From an uncultured cyanobacterium (GTDB lineage Bacteria > Cyanobacteriota > Cyanobacteriia > Pseudanabaenales > Pseudanabaenaceae): DNA of 64,000 nucleotides. Shown here in pieces: positions 8,846 through 17,649 of the stretch. The position numbers were made by a program, and so were the translations under genes. The notes beneath the pieces were generated by a model. That model did not search any database and had not been told where the DNA came from. It was given only the letters and a program-made list of their open reading frames with translations. The stretch is taken from contig OY969811.1 in assembly GCA_963703315.1 (NCBI GenBank), forward strand, positions 3,072,001 to 3,136,000. The letters run 5' to 3'. The number at the start of each line of letters is the position of its first letter. Position 1 is the stretch's first letter.

Positions 8846-8926
8846 TTAATACCAAAAGATAAAATCCTTGCTGGGTTGGTTTTTTAATTCACCAAAGTGT
8901 TAGCACATTTTTGTGAATTGGTATAA
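8846..8926. repeat. Degenerate MITE-like repeat (TAC...GAATTGGTATAA family), related copy at ~23562-23668
   Basis: Shared tail ttttttaatt..aagtgtt..cac.t...gtgaattgg.ataa in both copies. Confidence 0.5.
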
Positions 8927-8955
8927 CGAGTCTGAGGCATCAATATAAAAAACTT

Positions 8956-11022
8956 ATGAGTCTTACAACTGGGCAATTAGTCGGTGGGCATTACGAAGTA
9001 ATTGAGCGTCTTGGTGGCGGTGGATTTGGTGAGACCTATCTCTCGCGGGACTTGCATCTTCCCGATCGCCCTACCCGCGTGATTAAAGTCCTTAGCCCTC
9101 ATATTCAAGAAGACACTGTATTGCAGCTATCACGGCGACTTTTTGAAACCGAGGCTCAGGTTCTTTATCGGCTTGGGACACATCCCCAAATTCCCCAACT
9201 CTTTGCCCACTTTGAAGAACTATCCGAATTTTATCTAGTTCAAGAATATATAGATGGTAAAGATCTCAGCCATGAACTCCTGCGCGGTAAGGTATGGGAG
9301 CAGTTCACAGTGGCAAATCTATTACAAAATATTTTGACAGTTCTGAGCTTTGTCCATCAAAACAATGTCATTCATCGTGATATTAAACCTGAAAATATTA
9401 TTCGGCGGCGCGACGGCAAGTTATTTCTAATTGATTTTGGTGTGGTGAAGCAGATTGCCACACCAACTGCGTTGTTAGATGGCAAAACTGCTGAAGGTTA
9501 TACGGTGGGAATTGGGACACCCGGCTATATGCCTAGTGAGCAGGCGCATGGTGAGCCGAAGTTTGCTAGTGATATCTATGCGATCGGTATGATTGGTATT
9601 CAGGCGCTTACAGGTATTTCACCTAATCACTTACCTAAAGATGAAAATCTGGAAATTGTGTGGCGAAAGTCTGCCCCCAAGGTCTATCCTGAGTTTGCAG
9701 ATATTCTTTCGCAGATGGTCAAGTTTGATTTTCGACAGCGATATCTTAGTGCTGAGTCTGCCTATGAATCAATTAAAGAATTTGTTGATCGCTATCCGAT
9801 CGCGGATGTCAATCACAGCTTACCAACAGTGCTAATAAATGCTGAGGTTACTCAAACTACTGGACAAACGACTAATCAAGATCCCTCCCTTGATCAACAT
9901 TCTGCCCAGAAACCTTCCCAGCAACAAGAATCTCCAAAATCATCAATCTGGCAATATTTACGCCCTTGGCATCTAGGTTTAGGAATTGTGACACTGGGAG
10001 CGATCGCCATTACGGCGATCATTCTCTTTGCAGAGCCATCAAAAACAGGACGTACTCACGGATCTCAAGAGTCTTTAGAAATCAGTCCTAATCCTTCTCA
10101 AACACCTTCCGTTAATTCTAGTAATACTTCTACTCCATCCTTAATTAAGGAGTTCTCTGTCAATGGCACAAATGATGCCGTTTATGGAGTTACCATCAGT
10201 CCTGACAGCAAAACTGTAGCAGGGGCAAGTGCGGAACGAACGATTGAGCTATGGGATTTACAAACTAGTAAAAAGCTACAAACTTTTAGAGGGCATAAAG
10301 GCAGAGTTTATGATGTTTTCTTTAGTCCTGATGGCAAGCGTTTAGTTAGTGCTAGTGACGATCGCCAGTTGATTGTTTGGGAAGTCAGTACAGGTAAGAT
10401 TCTCCATACCCTTGAGGGACATCAAGATCGGATTTACACCTCAATCTTTAGTCCTGATGGTAAAGCGATCGCTAGTTCTGGAGCCGATCGCACTATTCGC
10501 CTATGGAATGTAGAAACGGGAAAACTAACTAATACCTTGCAGGAAAAAGCTTGGGTCTATGATGTTTCATTTACACCCGATGGGAAGACTTTAACCAGTG
10601 GTAGTAAAGATGGTGCAATTCGTTTGTGGAATGTAGAGACGGGAAAAGTGATCAAAACCTTAGTGGAAAATGGTAGCCCTGTACGCTCCATTGTTTACAG
10701 TAATGATGGCAAGCTGATTGCTAGTGCGATGGAAGACAGTACGGTACGTCTATGGGATGCAAACACAGGTCAGCTAAAGGATGTTCTCGCAGGACATACT
10801 AGTGAAGTCCATACGCTTGCCTTTAGCAATGACGATCGCTTACTAGCTAGTGGCAGTGCCGATAAAACGGTGAGGATTTGGTCACTCATAGACAAGCGAT
10901 CGCTGCAAACTTTATCCAACTATGAACGCGGCGTATCATCGGTAGCCTTTAGCACTGATCAGAAATTACTGATTAGCGGTAGTCTCGACGGAAAAATTAA
11001 AATCTGGAAATTAGCCAATTGA
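8956..11022 (+). CDS. Hanks-type Ser/Thr protein kinase with TM segment and C-terminal WD40 repeats
   Basis: LGGGGFG, HRDIKPEN, DFG, GTPGYMPSE; about seven GH...W[DN] repeats. Confidence 0.95.
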   Translation: MSLTTGQLVGGHYEVIERLGGGGFGETYLSRDLHLPDRPTRVIKVLSPHIQEDTVLQLSRRLFETEAQVLYRLGTHPQIPQLFAHFEELSEFYLVQEYIDGKDLSHELLRGKVWEQFTVANLLQNILTVLSFVHQNNVIHRDIKPENIIRRRDGKLFLIDFGVVKQIATPTALLDGKTAEGYTVGIGTPGYMPSEQAHGEPKFASDIYAIGMIGIQALTGISPNHLPKDENLEIVWRKSAPKVYPEFADILSQMVKFDFRQRYLSAESAYESIKEFVDRYPIADVNHSLPTVLINAEVTQTTGQTTNQDPSLDQHSAQKPSQQQESPKSSIWQYLRPWHLGLGIVTLGAIAITAIILFAEPSKTGRTHGSQESLEISPNPSQTPSVNSSNTSTPSLIKEFSVNGTNDAVYGVTISPDSKTVAGASAERTIELWDLQTSKKLQTFRGHKGRVYDVFFSPDGKRLVSASDDRQLIVWEVSTGKILHTLEGHQDRIYTSIFSPDGKAIASSGADRTIRLWNVETGKLTNTLQEKAWVYDVSFTPDGKTLTSGSKDGAIRLWNVETGKVIKTLVENGSPVRSIVYSNDGKLIASAMEDSTVRLWDANTGQLKDVLAGHTSEVHTLAFSNDDRLLASGSADKTVRIWSLIDKRSLQTLSNYERGVSSVAFSTDQKLLISGSLDGKIKIWKLAN

Positions 11023-11067
11023 ATTTACATTCAGCAGATGACAAAATTTTTTCAACGCTAACTAATT

Positions 11068-11436
11068 CTATAGTTCAATCAATCCTAAGCTAATTTGAAT
11101 CGCGTTATCTACATATCCCATGAGGCGATCGGAGACGATACCCATTCTTTTGATTAAGCGTTGTTTGTCAATGGAACGAATCTGATTGAGAAGCACTACG
11201 GATGTTACGGTTAGTCCGCCTTCGGGGGGATTGATTAAAACTTCTGTGGGATATGTCTCAGGATCGAATTGGGATGTGATGGCAGCAACGATGGTAATAG
11301 GGCTGTATTGATTGGAAATATCATTTTGAAGAATGAGAGCAGGTCTAGTTTTCTGAATTTCTGAGCCAACGGTAGGGTCAAAGTTAACCAAATAGATTTC
11401 GCCTCTCTTGGGAAATTCTATTTTTCGTTTTGCCAT
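11068..11436 (-). CDS. mazF: MazF/PemK family toxin
   Basis: RGEIYLVNFDPTVGSEIQKTRPALI, QIRSIDKQRL. Confidence 0.93.
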   Translation of the reverse strand: MAKRKIEFPKRGEIYLVNFDPTVGSEIQKTRPALILQNDISNQYSPITIVAAITSQFDPETYPTEVLINPPEGGLTVTSVVLLNQIRSIDKQRLIKRMGIVSDRLMGYVDNAIQISLGLIEL

Positions 11437-11672
11437 GATTCCTCATCAATATTAAACCAGTCTTGAGCAATCCCTAAGTCTCGATCTGCGCGACGTAATG
11501 CGCCCTGTTTGAGTTTTTCCCGTAGATTTTTCTTGGCTTCAGTGTTGATGTAGTATTTCACGGCTTGGTCAATGAAGTGACTGCGATCGCCTTTTGGTGC
11601 TATGCGATCGAGTAGCTGAAGCGTTTCGTTGGGTAATGTGATGTTAATGCGTTGATACATATATGGGTACAC
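11418..11672 (-). CDS. RHH (CopG-like) antitoxin paired with MazF
   Basis: RINITLP...RSHFIDQAV; overlaps the toxin start. Confidence 0.85.
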   Translation of the reverse strand: MYPYMYQRINITLPNETLQLLDRIAPKGDRSHFIDQAVKYYINTEAKKNLREKLKQGALRRADRDLGIAQDWFNIDEESWQNEK

Positions 11673-11808
11673 ATTGGCTATGTGTATTATGCTAACTCAT
11701 ATTGATGGCTAAAGGTATAGGCGATCGCTAAATCTTTACCCACTCACTATATTCATCGGCTATTCGATAGGATATAAGATGGTAAATGTAGCCTACTAAA
11801 ACATTGTT

Positions 11809-12051
11809 ATGAATGAACTGCTATCAGTTACTTTCGATGGGTCGGTGCTTACACCAGATAAGCCGCTTAAACTTGAGCGAAATAAGCGCTATTTAATCAC
11901 GATTGTTCCTGAAGAAGTAGCTCCTGTTCAGAATGCTTGGGATTTGTTAGAGAATTTGACGGGAACAGTTGAGGCTCCTGAAGATTGGTCGGCGGAACAT
12001 GATCATTATTTGTATGGGACTCCTAAACGACAGGATGAGAATGTGTCATGA
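11809..12051 (+). CDS. Putative VapB-like antitoxin
   Basis: FDGSVLTP, DWSAEHDHYLYG motif; ATGA overlap with a PIN gene. Confidence 0.75.
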   Translation: MNELLSVTFDGSVLTPDKPLKLERNKRYLITIVPEEVAPVQNAWDLLENLTGTVEAPEDWSAEHDHYLYGTPKRQDENVS

Positions 12052-12464
12052 GAGAGCGATTATTGCTAGACACGTCATTCATTCAGGCGTTGCTGAATTC
12101 TAAAGATCGGCATCATCAACGGGCAAAGGTTCTATTACCGAGGGTTTACAATGCAAGGGAAGTATGGGTAACTGAGGCGGTGTTGGTTGAGGTGGGAAAT
12201 GCTTTTAGTGCGATGAATCGTGGTGCGGCTTCTCAATTTATTCGACAGTGTTATCAAACTCCAAATATTAGGGTGATTACGGTGGATACGGCGTTGTTGG
12301 GTCGTGCTTTGGAACTTTATGGTGCTAGACCAGATAAGGGTTGGGGTTTGACGGATTGTATTTCTTTTACGGTGATGTCAGAGAATAGTTTGATTGATGC
12401 GGCAACTGCTGATTTTCATTTTGTGCAAGCGGGATATCGGGCTTTATTGTTAGAAGTTGTGTAG
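12048..12464 (+). CDS. vapC: VapC/PIN-domain toxin
   Basis: LLDTSF, VLVE, LTDCISF, TADFHF acidic tetrad. Confidence 0.9.
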   Translation: MRERLLLDTSFIQALLNSKDRHHQRAKVLLPRVYNAREVWVTEAVLVEVGNAFSAMNRGAASQFIRQCYQTPNIRVITVDTALLGRALELYGARPDKGWGLTDCISFTVMSENSLIDAATADFHFVQAGYRALLLEVV

Positions 12465-12720
12465 AACTGAAAAACTGCTTGATATTTTAGGTTGGATCGC
12501 CTTGTCATCTCATGGTTAAGTGCATAGGCGATCGCTAAGTTAGGCTGTGGTTTGGCAAGCAATTCCGCTAATATCTCAATCCTTGTCCAAGCGGTTTCTA
12601 AATCGATTTGAGCGGGTTCGTAGGGAAATGTATCAAGGGGTTGATATAAATAGACGCGCCATGACATGGACTGAAGTTGTAAAACCCATCGGGTTGCTTC
12701 TTCGACGGTGGCGGTGACGA

Positions 12721-13787
12721 GGCACTGGTCAGTTAATTAGTGAGGTAATGAAAGCCCCTTAATGATAGTAATTCCAGCATAGAAACGGGACGATTAAAAA
12801 GTCCGATTGCCATAGCAGGGGTCTTGTTCTTGCCCAAACCCTCATGAGGTCGTACCCAATTGTGAATTAAGCGTTGTACCGTGACTGCTCGTTGCAAGCC
12901 CTCGGTATTTTTAGCATACAGGTTTTGTCTGCGGCGAAAAGCACTACACCTTCTTCTCAAAGCACTGTTGTTAGCTTCATTATGATTAGCATGAACGTCA
13001 CTCTTATCGCTGATGGCAGTATAAGGATGCTCAGGTTTGACCCATTCGACTCGACGCTTTCCCTGTGAACCTTTAATTTTCATGGCAACTTCCAATCCAT
13101 AGCGCCATACCTTGCGATGTCCATATTCACGAGTGACTTCCGATGATTTGAGATAAACACTTGCCATTTGCCATAGTTGTTGAGCGTAGCGTCTTTCACC
13201 ATCGGTAAACCATCGAATGTATTGACTAGTTTTTGCCCATGACCATGCAGTGTTGATGGCTTGCTTAAATAAGTCCGTTGTTTTCATTCCTGCTTTTGCT
13301 TCAATCCAGTAGCGACTCCCACGCTCAATAAATGTGATTGTCCACCCTTTTGACTCTGAGGGGGGGGAGGTTCTCGCCTACGCGAGTGTAAACCTCATCT
13401 CCCTCGACTGTTATATCTCCTCCTGTTGGGGCATCTGGACTCCATTGCTGTGACTGAGTTGCCAATTTTTGCTCCCATCTCATGATGCTGACATGAGATT
13501 TTTCTAGAACTCTTCCACTGGCTCTAATCCCCATTCCTTCACTCCTCATCTTAAGTGCTAATGAAACCACATTTTCTGGTGTTCTCAGCCTTGACATTGG
13601 CGTTCCTGTCCTTTCACTGAATCTTTTGCCGCATTCTTTGCATAAATAGTTTTGGATGGCTTTGCCGTCTTGATGGTGATGTTTGCCATTTTTGATGATC
13701 TTTTGACTATCGCAGTGGGGGCATTCCATAGCTTTTTCCTTTACTCTGCCTCTATTTTCTCATATCACTAATTTACTGACCAGTGCC
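12721..13787 (-). mobile_element. IS1-family insertion sequence (1067 bp)
   Basis: 23-bp TIRs GGCACTGGTCAGT[T/A]AATTAGTGA with one mismatch; 8-bp TSD GGTGACGA at 12713-12720 and 13788-13795. Confidence 0.92.
12733..13729 (-). CDS. IS1-family transposase split by a frameshift in a C8 tract (ORFs 13325-13729 and 12733-13287)
   Basis: Zn ribbon CPHC...CKEC, HTH, EGDE, FTDG, NHNE..NSALRRR; deleting one C at 13360-13367 fuses the two frames. Confidence 0.85.
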
Positions 13788-13974
13788 GGTGACGATGAGT
13801 AATGGTTTGGCTTGTTGTTGGTATAGGAGAGTGCTAATTAGTCCCTTGCCTAAGCGGGATAGTCCTGATAGGGATATACTTTTGGCTGTTTTTAGTTTCT
13901 CGCCTATTTTTGTGGCGATCGGGCTATGTTCTCTAGGACTGCTGTGAAGATCATGGGTGGGGATTAATTTAGTC

Positions 13975-14219
13975 GGTAGTGATCCGAAAGTAGTGTTATC
14001 TGAAATGCTCTTGAGTAATGACTTTTAAGATTATTTTCACAAAAGCAAAGTTAATAAGGTTCTGTGTCAGTCTGAGGCTCAAACACTGATTGTTTCGTAA
14101 ATTTTGAGCATTTACCGCCTAAATCAGAGCTATACTCAAGCTATTCAATTTCTACTCTTAAACCCTAGAACCTAATATATAGCAAATATTTCAAACATCA
14201 CTACTTGTGGATCACAACC
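13975..14219. mobile_element. Putative degenerate MITE (245 bp)
   Basis: Inverted ends GGTAGTGATCCGAAAGTAGTG / CACTACTTGTGGATCACAACC (18/21); no TSD seen. Confidence 0.5.
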
Positions 14220-14326
14220 AAAATATTATTTTTTGTCCTAAATAACCTGCTGAATGTAGGGATCAGTTATTGTACAGTTACCATGCCAAACCGCCTCTTA
14301 GTTGATTTAAAGTATCAAGAGTAAAT

Positions 14327-15634
14327 ATGTCAAAACCAGCAGAATCTGATTTTTCTCTCAAAAATCCTTTTATCTCCGATCAAACAATCGATCAACTTCT
14401 TGAAAACGGATATATTGGGGTAGATTTAGCACTATCTGATGATAGTGCTTTTGCGGGAGCAGCCCACAAATTCAAAGAGCAAGTCAAGTGGACTAAGAGC
14501 CAAGTAGATGAGGAGGGAGATGTTGCTTTAATGACATCTAATTTATCTGAATTTGATCAATTGCTAAATTTTATGCTTGCCCAGTTTGGTTGGTGTCCTC
14601 AAGTCTATTCAAATCAAGAAATCCCAGATGTTTTCATTTTTTCACCCCAAAGTGAATTACAAGAAGGTGCAATATTTTTAGCAACTGATGGAGAGAAGGG
14701 ATGGCAAGGCTCTCTTTACAGCCTAGATTATGTTGATTCAATAGAAAATGCGAATATACTGGGCTTTATTTTTGCGACCAAACCAAAAGATGATTCGCAG
14801 CAAGAGTGGCTTTTAGTAGAGGTTAATCGCCAGAAAAATACAAGGGGCTGGAGTGTACATTCAGGAACATTAGAGCAGGTTTACTACATTTGGGCAGAAA
14901 GGGTTGAAATTTCAGAACCCAACTTTAAACCAACAACTGATGAAGTTTTAGATGCTTTGTCTTTTGAGAATACTCAACCAGAAGCGGTATCAAATCAAGA
15001 AGATGATGATGAAAAGGAAGAAATAGATTTTAGTTGCCCTGAGGATATGTCTTCTGAATATACAAGCAGAAGTAATTTTTATAATTTTGCATACGCTTTT
15101 AACCATCTACATTATACGAAGAAAGATTTAGCCGAACATATCGCAAATAATGGAATGGATGATGCCGAGTCTATTATGAGTGAAGTTATTTTTTGTAGTG
15201 ATAACGAGGAATGTGATAACTATGGTGTTCCTGACTCTCTTGATCAAGCAATATCTGATTTTGGTAGTTTTGTGATTGAAAATAACGAAGAGGTGACTGG
15301 AGATTATGGTTTAAGTTCCTTTTTCTTGGAATACCTTGGATCTAATCGTGAACTTTTAATTGATGAATGTAAAGATTGGATTGATTCCTTTGAAAATAAT
15401 TCTGACCTATTCTTAAATAATAATGGCTGGGGAAATAAAACAAAATTTCTTGAAGACTATACCTATATTGTCCTAAGAGAGTTTTTGAGTACATACCCAG
15501 CATTAATTAATGTTGACGAGGATGATGATGAACTGGTTGAAAAGGTTGAGGAATGGTATGAAGAGTTCGCACTTCCTAAGTTACTCCCTTTTCTTGAAGC
15601 GATTAATGAACAGTTTGAACACATTCGTAACTAA
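14327..15634 (+). CDS. Highly acidic hypothetical protein
   Basis: 435-aa ORF, D/E-rich, AT-rich, no HIP1 site seen, no recognisable motif. Confidence 0.75.
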   Translation: MSKPAESDFSLKNPFISDQTIDQLLENGYIGVDLALSDDSAFAGAAHKFKEQVKWTKSQVDEEGDVALMTSNLSEFDQLLNFMLAQFGWCPQVYSNQEIPDVFIFSPQSELQEGAIFLATDGEKGWQGSLYSLDYVDSIENANILGFIFATKPKDDSQQEWLLVEVNRQKNTRGWSVHSGTLEQVYYIWAERVEISEPNFKPTTDEVLDALSFENTQPEAVSNQEDDDEKEEIDFSCPEDMSSEYTSRSNFYNFAYAFNHLHYTKKDLAEHIANNGMDDAESIMSEVIFCSDNEECDNYGVPDSLDQAISDFGSFVIENNEEVTGDYGLSSFFLEYLGSNRELLIDECKDWIDSFENNSDLFLNNNGWGNKTKFLEDYTYIVLREFLSTYPALINVDEDDDELVEKVEEWYEEFALPKLLPFLEAINEQFEHIRN

Positions 15635-15665
15635 ATCGATCGCCTCAATCTTGCCAGCTTTATGG

Positions 15666-16052
15666 CTATTGCAAATAGGACAAGCTAACCAAAGATTCGA
15701 CATTCATTAATCCACGCATCACCGCAACCTGCATTGCTTTAGCTTTCCGTACCGAACCATGACGATAAACCTGCATTAACTCATTCAGCTTCTTAACTTC
15801 CTGTGCATCAAGCAATCCTTCACTATTTCGAGCTTGTAAATCGCTAAAAAACCTTTGCTGCTGTCCGCCCATTTGCAAATTACAAAGAGCGAGAACCTGT
15901 TCATCAGGCAAAGTATCTATGGGAATCTCATTAATAGTGCGATCGATCCATTCAATCAGCATTTCTTCAATCCCCTGACGATTGAGCGCAGCTATTTCCT
16001 TAACCTTTTTTGCCAAAGGTTCGGGAAGTTCTAAGGCGATCGACTCAGACAT
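15666..16052 (-). CDS. Hypothetical protein (antitoxin-like N-terminus)
   Basis: IALELPEPLAKKVKEIA; RBS GAGG upstream. Confidence 0.65.
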   Translation of the reverse strand: MSESIALELPEPLAKKVKEIAALNRQGIEEMLIEWIDRTINEIPIDTLPDEQVLALCNLQMGGQQQRFFSDLQARNSEGLLDAQEVKKLNELMQVYRHGSVRKAKAMQVAVMRGLMNVESLVSLSYLQ

Positions 16053-16116
16053 ATTGCCTCGTAGACAACACTAAATTTTGATTGATTAAATACAGTATAA
16101 CCGTCAAAAACCGCAC

Positions 16117-16362
16117 CTAAGCAATCTCCGCCAAAGGCATAAAACTGGCACTCTCCAACGCACGAGAAGCAAACAGCAAACAAGCCCTGATATCTGCTTC
16201 AACCAAACCTTCATACTCTTCCAAAATTTCCGTCACCGTTGCACCATGAGCCAGCAGATTTAGAATGTACTCAACAGATAACCGCGTCCCTCTAATGACA
16301 GGCTTTCCCACCATCACTCTAGGACTAGAGTAGATCCGATTTAACAACTCTTGTTCTTTCAT
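16117..16362 (-). CDS. DUF433 family protein (putative antitoxin); start probably MKEQ at 16362
   Basis: PRVMVGKPVIRGTRLSVEYIL...EEYEGL..ADIRACLLFA. Confidence 0.88.
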   Translation of the reverse strand: MKEQELLNRIYSSPRVMVGKPVIRGTRLSVEYILNLLAHGATVTEILEEYEGLVEADIRACLLFASRALESASFMPLAEIA

Positions 16363-16419
16363 ATTTTCTAAGAATTTAACCTGACTTATCACAACCATCA
16401 TACATAATCATACTTCTCA

Positions 16420-16671
16420 TTACTTTTTGCGAAGTCTCTCTAGAAGTTGAATCCGTTTTTGTTGCCACCAATCATCATTAATCTCGATCGCCTCACCACT
16501 ATCCAAACCCTCTAACAGCAAAGTTTCCAGACGCGCTTGAGCAACCCTCTCCGCCTCTTGACGCAGCAACTGCCGAATATATTCACTCGTAGTACTGTAG
16601 CCACCTTTAGAAACCTGCTCATCGATAAAAGCCTTCATAGAATCAGGAACAGAGATATTTACTGTAGTCAT
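16420..16671 (-). CDS. ParD-like (CC2985 family) RHH antitoxin
   Basis: MTTVNISVPDSMKAFIDEQV..GGYSTTSEYIRQLLR, LLEGLDSG. Confidence 0.88.
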   Translation of the reverse strand: MTTVNISVPDSMKAFIDEQVSKGGYSTTSEYIRQLLRQEAERVAQARLETLLLEGLDSGEAIEINDDWWQQKRIQLLERLRKK

Positions 16672-16693
16672 AGCTAGTAGTTATGTATATTTC

Positions 16694-16736
16694 TGACAGT
16701 TCAATTATGGCAAATATTGCCATAATTGAACTGTCA
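16694..16736. promoter_or_regulatory. Perfect 20-bp inverted repeat between divergent antitoxin genes; candidate operator
   Basis: tgacagttcaattatggcaa-ata-ttgccataattgaactgtca. Confidence 0.55.
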
Positions 16737-16830
16737 AACAGCGATCATGATTCAGGGCAGAGATGATAAGATATCAAAGTATAAACCTCAGCGTGAAAGT
16801 GATTTATACAGAGAATTTAGGAGTTAACTT

Positions 16831-17049
16831 ATGCGAACAATCACCCTACAAATTGATGATAGCGTTAGCGACAAATTTCTATGGTTACTCGATCGCTTCT
16901 CTAGAGACGAAATTAAAATTTTAGACCAATCCGATTATGTCAGCGATGATGAATATCTCAGAGGAATTGAAGGAATGGTTCAAAGTATCAATTCAGCCCT
17001 TACTGAACCCATTGAACAAGGTGTAACTCTAGATAAGCTGGATTGGTAA
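16831..17049 (+). CDS. Putative antitoxin partner of the YoeB toxin
   Basis: RBS AGGAG; EYLRGIEGMVQSI...KLDW; TAATG coupling to the toxin. Confidence 0.75.
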   Translation: MRTITLQIDDSVSDKFLWLLDRFSRDEIKILDQSDYVSDDEYLRGIEGMVQSINSALTEPIEQGVTLDKLDW

Positions 17050-17250
17050 TGTACAAAATAATTTTCATGACGTAAGCTCAAAAAGATGCCAAAAAGCTTG
17101 CTTCCAGTGGATTGAAACCTAAAGTTCTGCAACTCATCAAGATCATTGAAGAAGACCCATTACAATATCCGCCAGATTATGAATTTTTAAAAGGAGATAT
17201 GAAAGGGCTAATCAGTCGCCGCATCAATAAACAGCATTGGATGGTTTATG
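17049..17250 (+). pseudogene. Txe/YoeB family toxin pseudogene
   Basis: MYKIIFMT*AQKDAKKL...PPDYEFLKGD..GLISRRINKQH; TAA at 17073-17075; expected C-terminus replaced by unrelated sequence. Confidence 0.8.
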
Positions 17251-17649
17251 GAAACTTAGCCAAAGGTTTACCACAGAAAGGACAAGCAAAACTAGTAACC
17301 TCCGCCGTCACTGCATTCTCACCCTTTGATTGAAGAATCTCCCACTGATTACGGCGATCGCTGTTTGATTCGAGATTAAGAGCAATTTTGCTAGGTATTA
17401 ATCCACGCATCACCGCAGCCTGCTGCATTACCTTGTCTTTCTGCACCGAACCATGATGACAAACCTGCCTTAACTCATTTGTGGAGTCATTGCTAGTTTT
17501 TTTGACTTGTGTGTACATGGTAGAAAACGGAATAGGGATGATGGCTTCAGACTACTGATTAGCTAATCTACTTTTAGGCAACGTACTAGCCAATAGTTAT
17601 AGACTGCTAAAATGCAAATAGCAGTTACGACAGCAATTATCTAAGCCTC

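Larger units (their letters stand above)
12416..13954 (-). pseudogene. Mfd N-terminus-like gene fragment, frameshifted, truncated and interrupted by the IS1-family element
   Basis: Removing the IS and one TSD gives the continuous frame ...SLSGLSRLGKGLISTLL...LLIVTATVEEATRWVLQLQSMSWRVYLY...FPYEP...WTRIEILAEL, resembling the cyanobacterial Mfd N-terminus from memory. Confidence 0.65.

Noticed and set aside
17246..17518. 90-aa ORF with CPFC motif
   Set aside because: Mosaic of a degenerate duplicate and other fragments; unlikely to be a real gene
11068..17520. Integron or prophage explanation for the TA island
   Set aside because: No tyrosine recombinase, attC-like repeats or phage genes; genes lie on both strands
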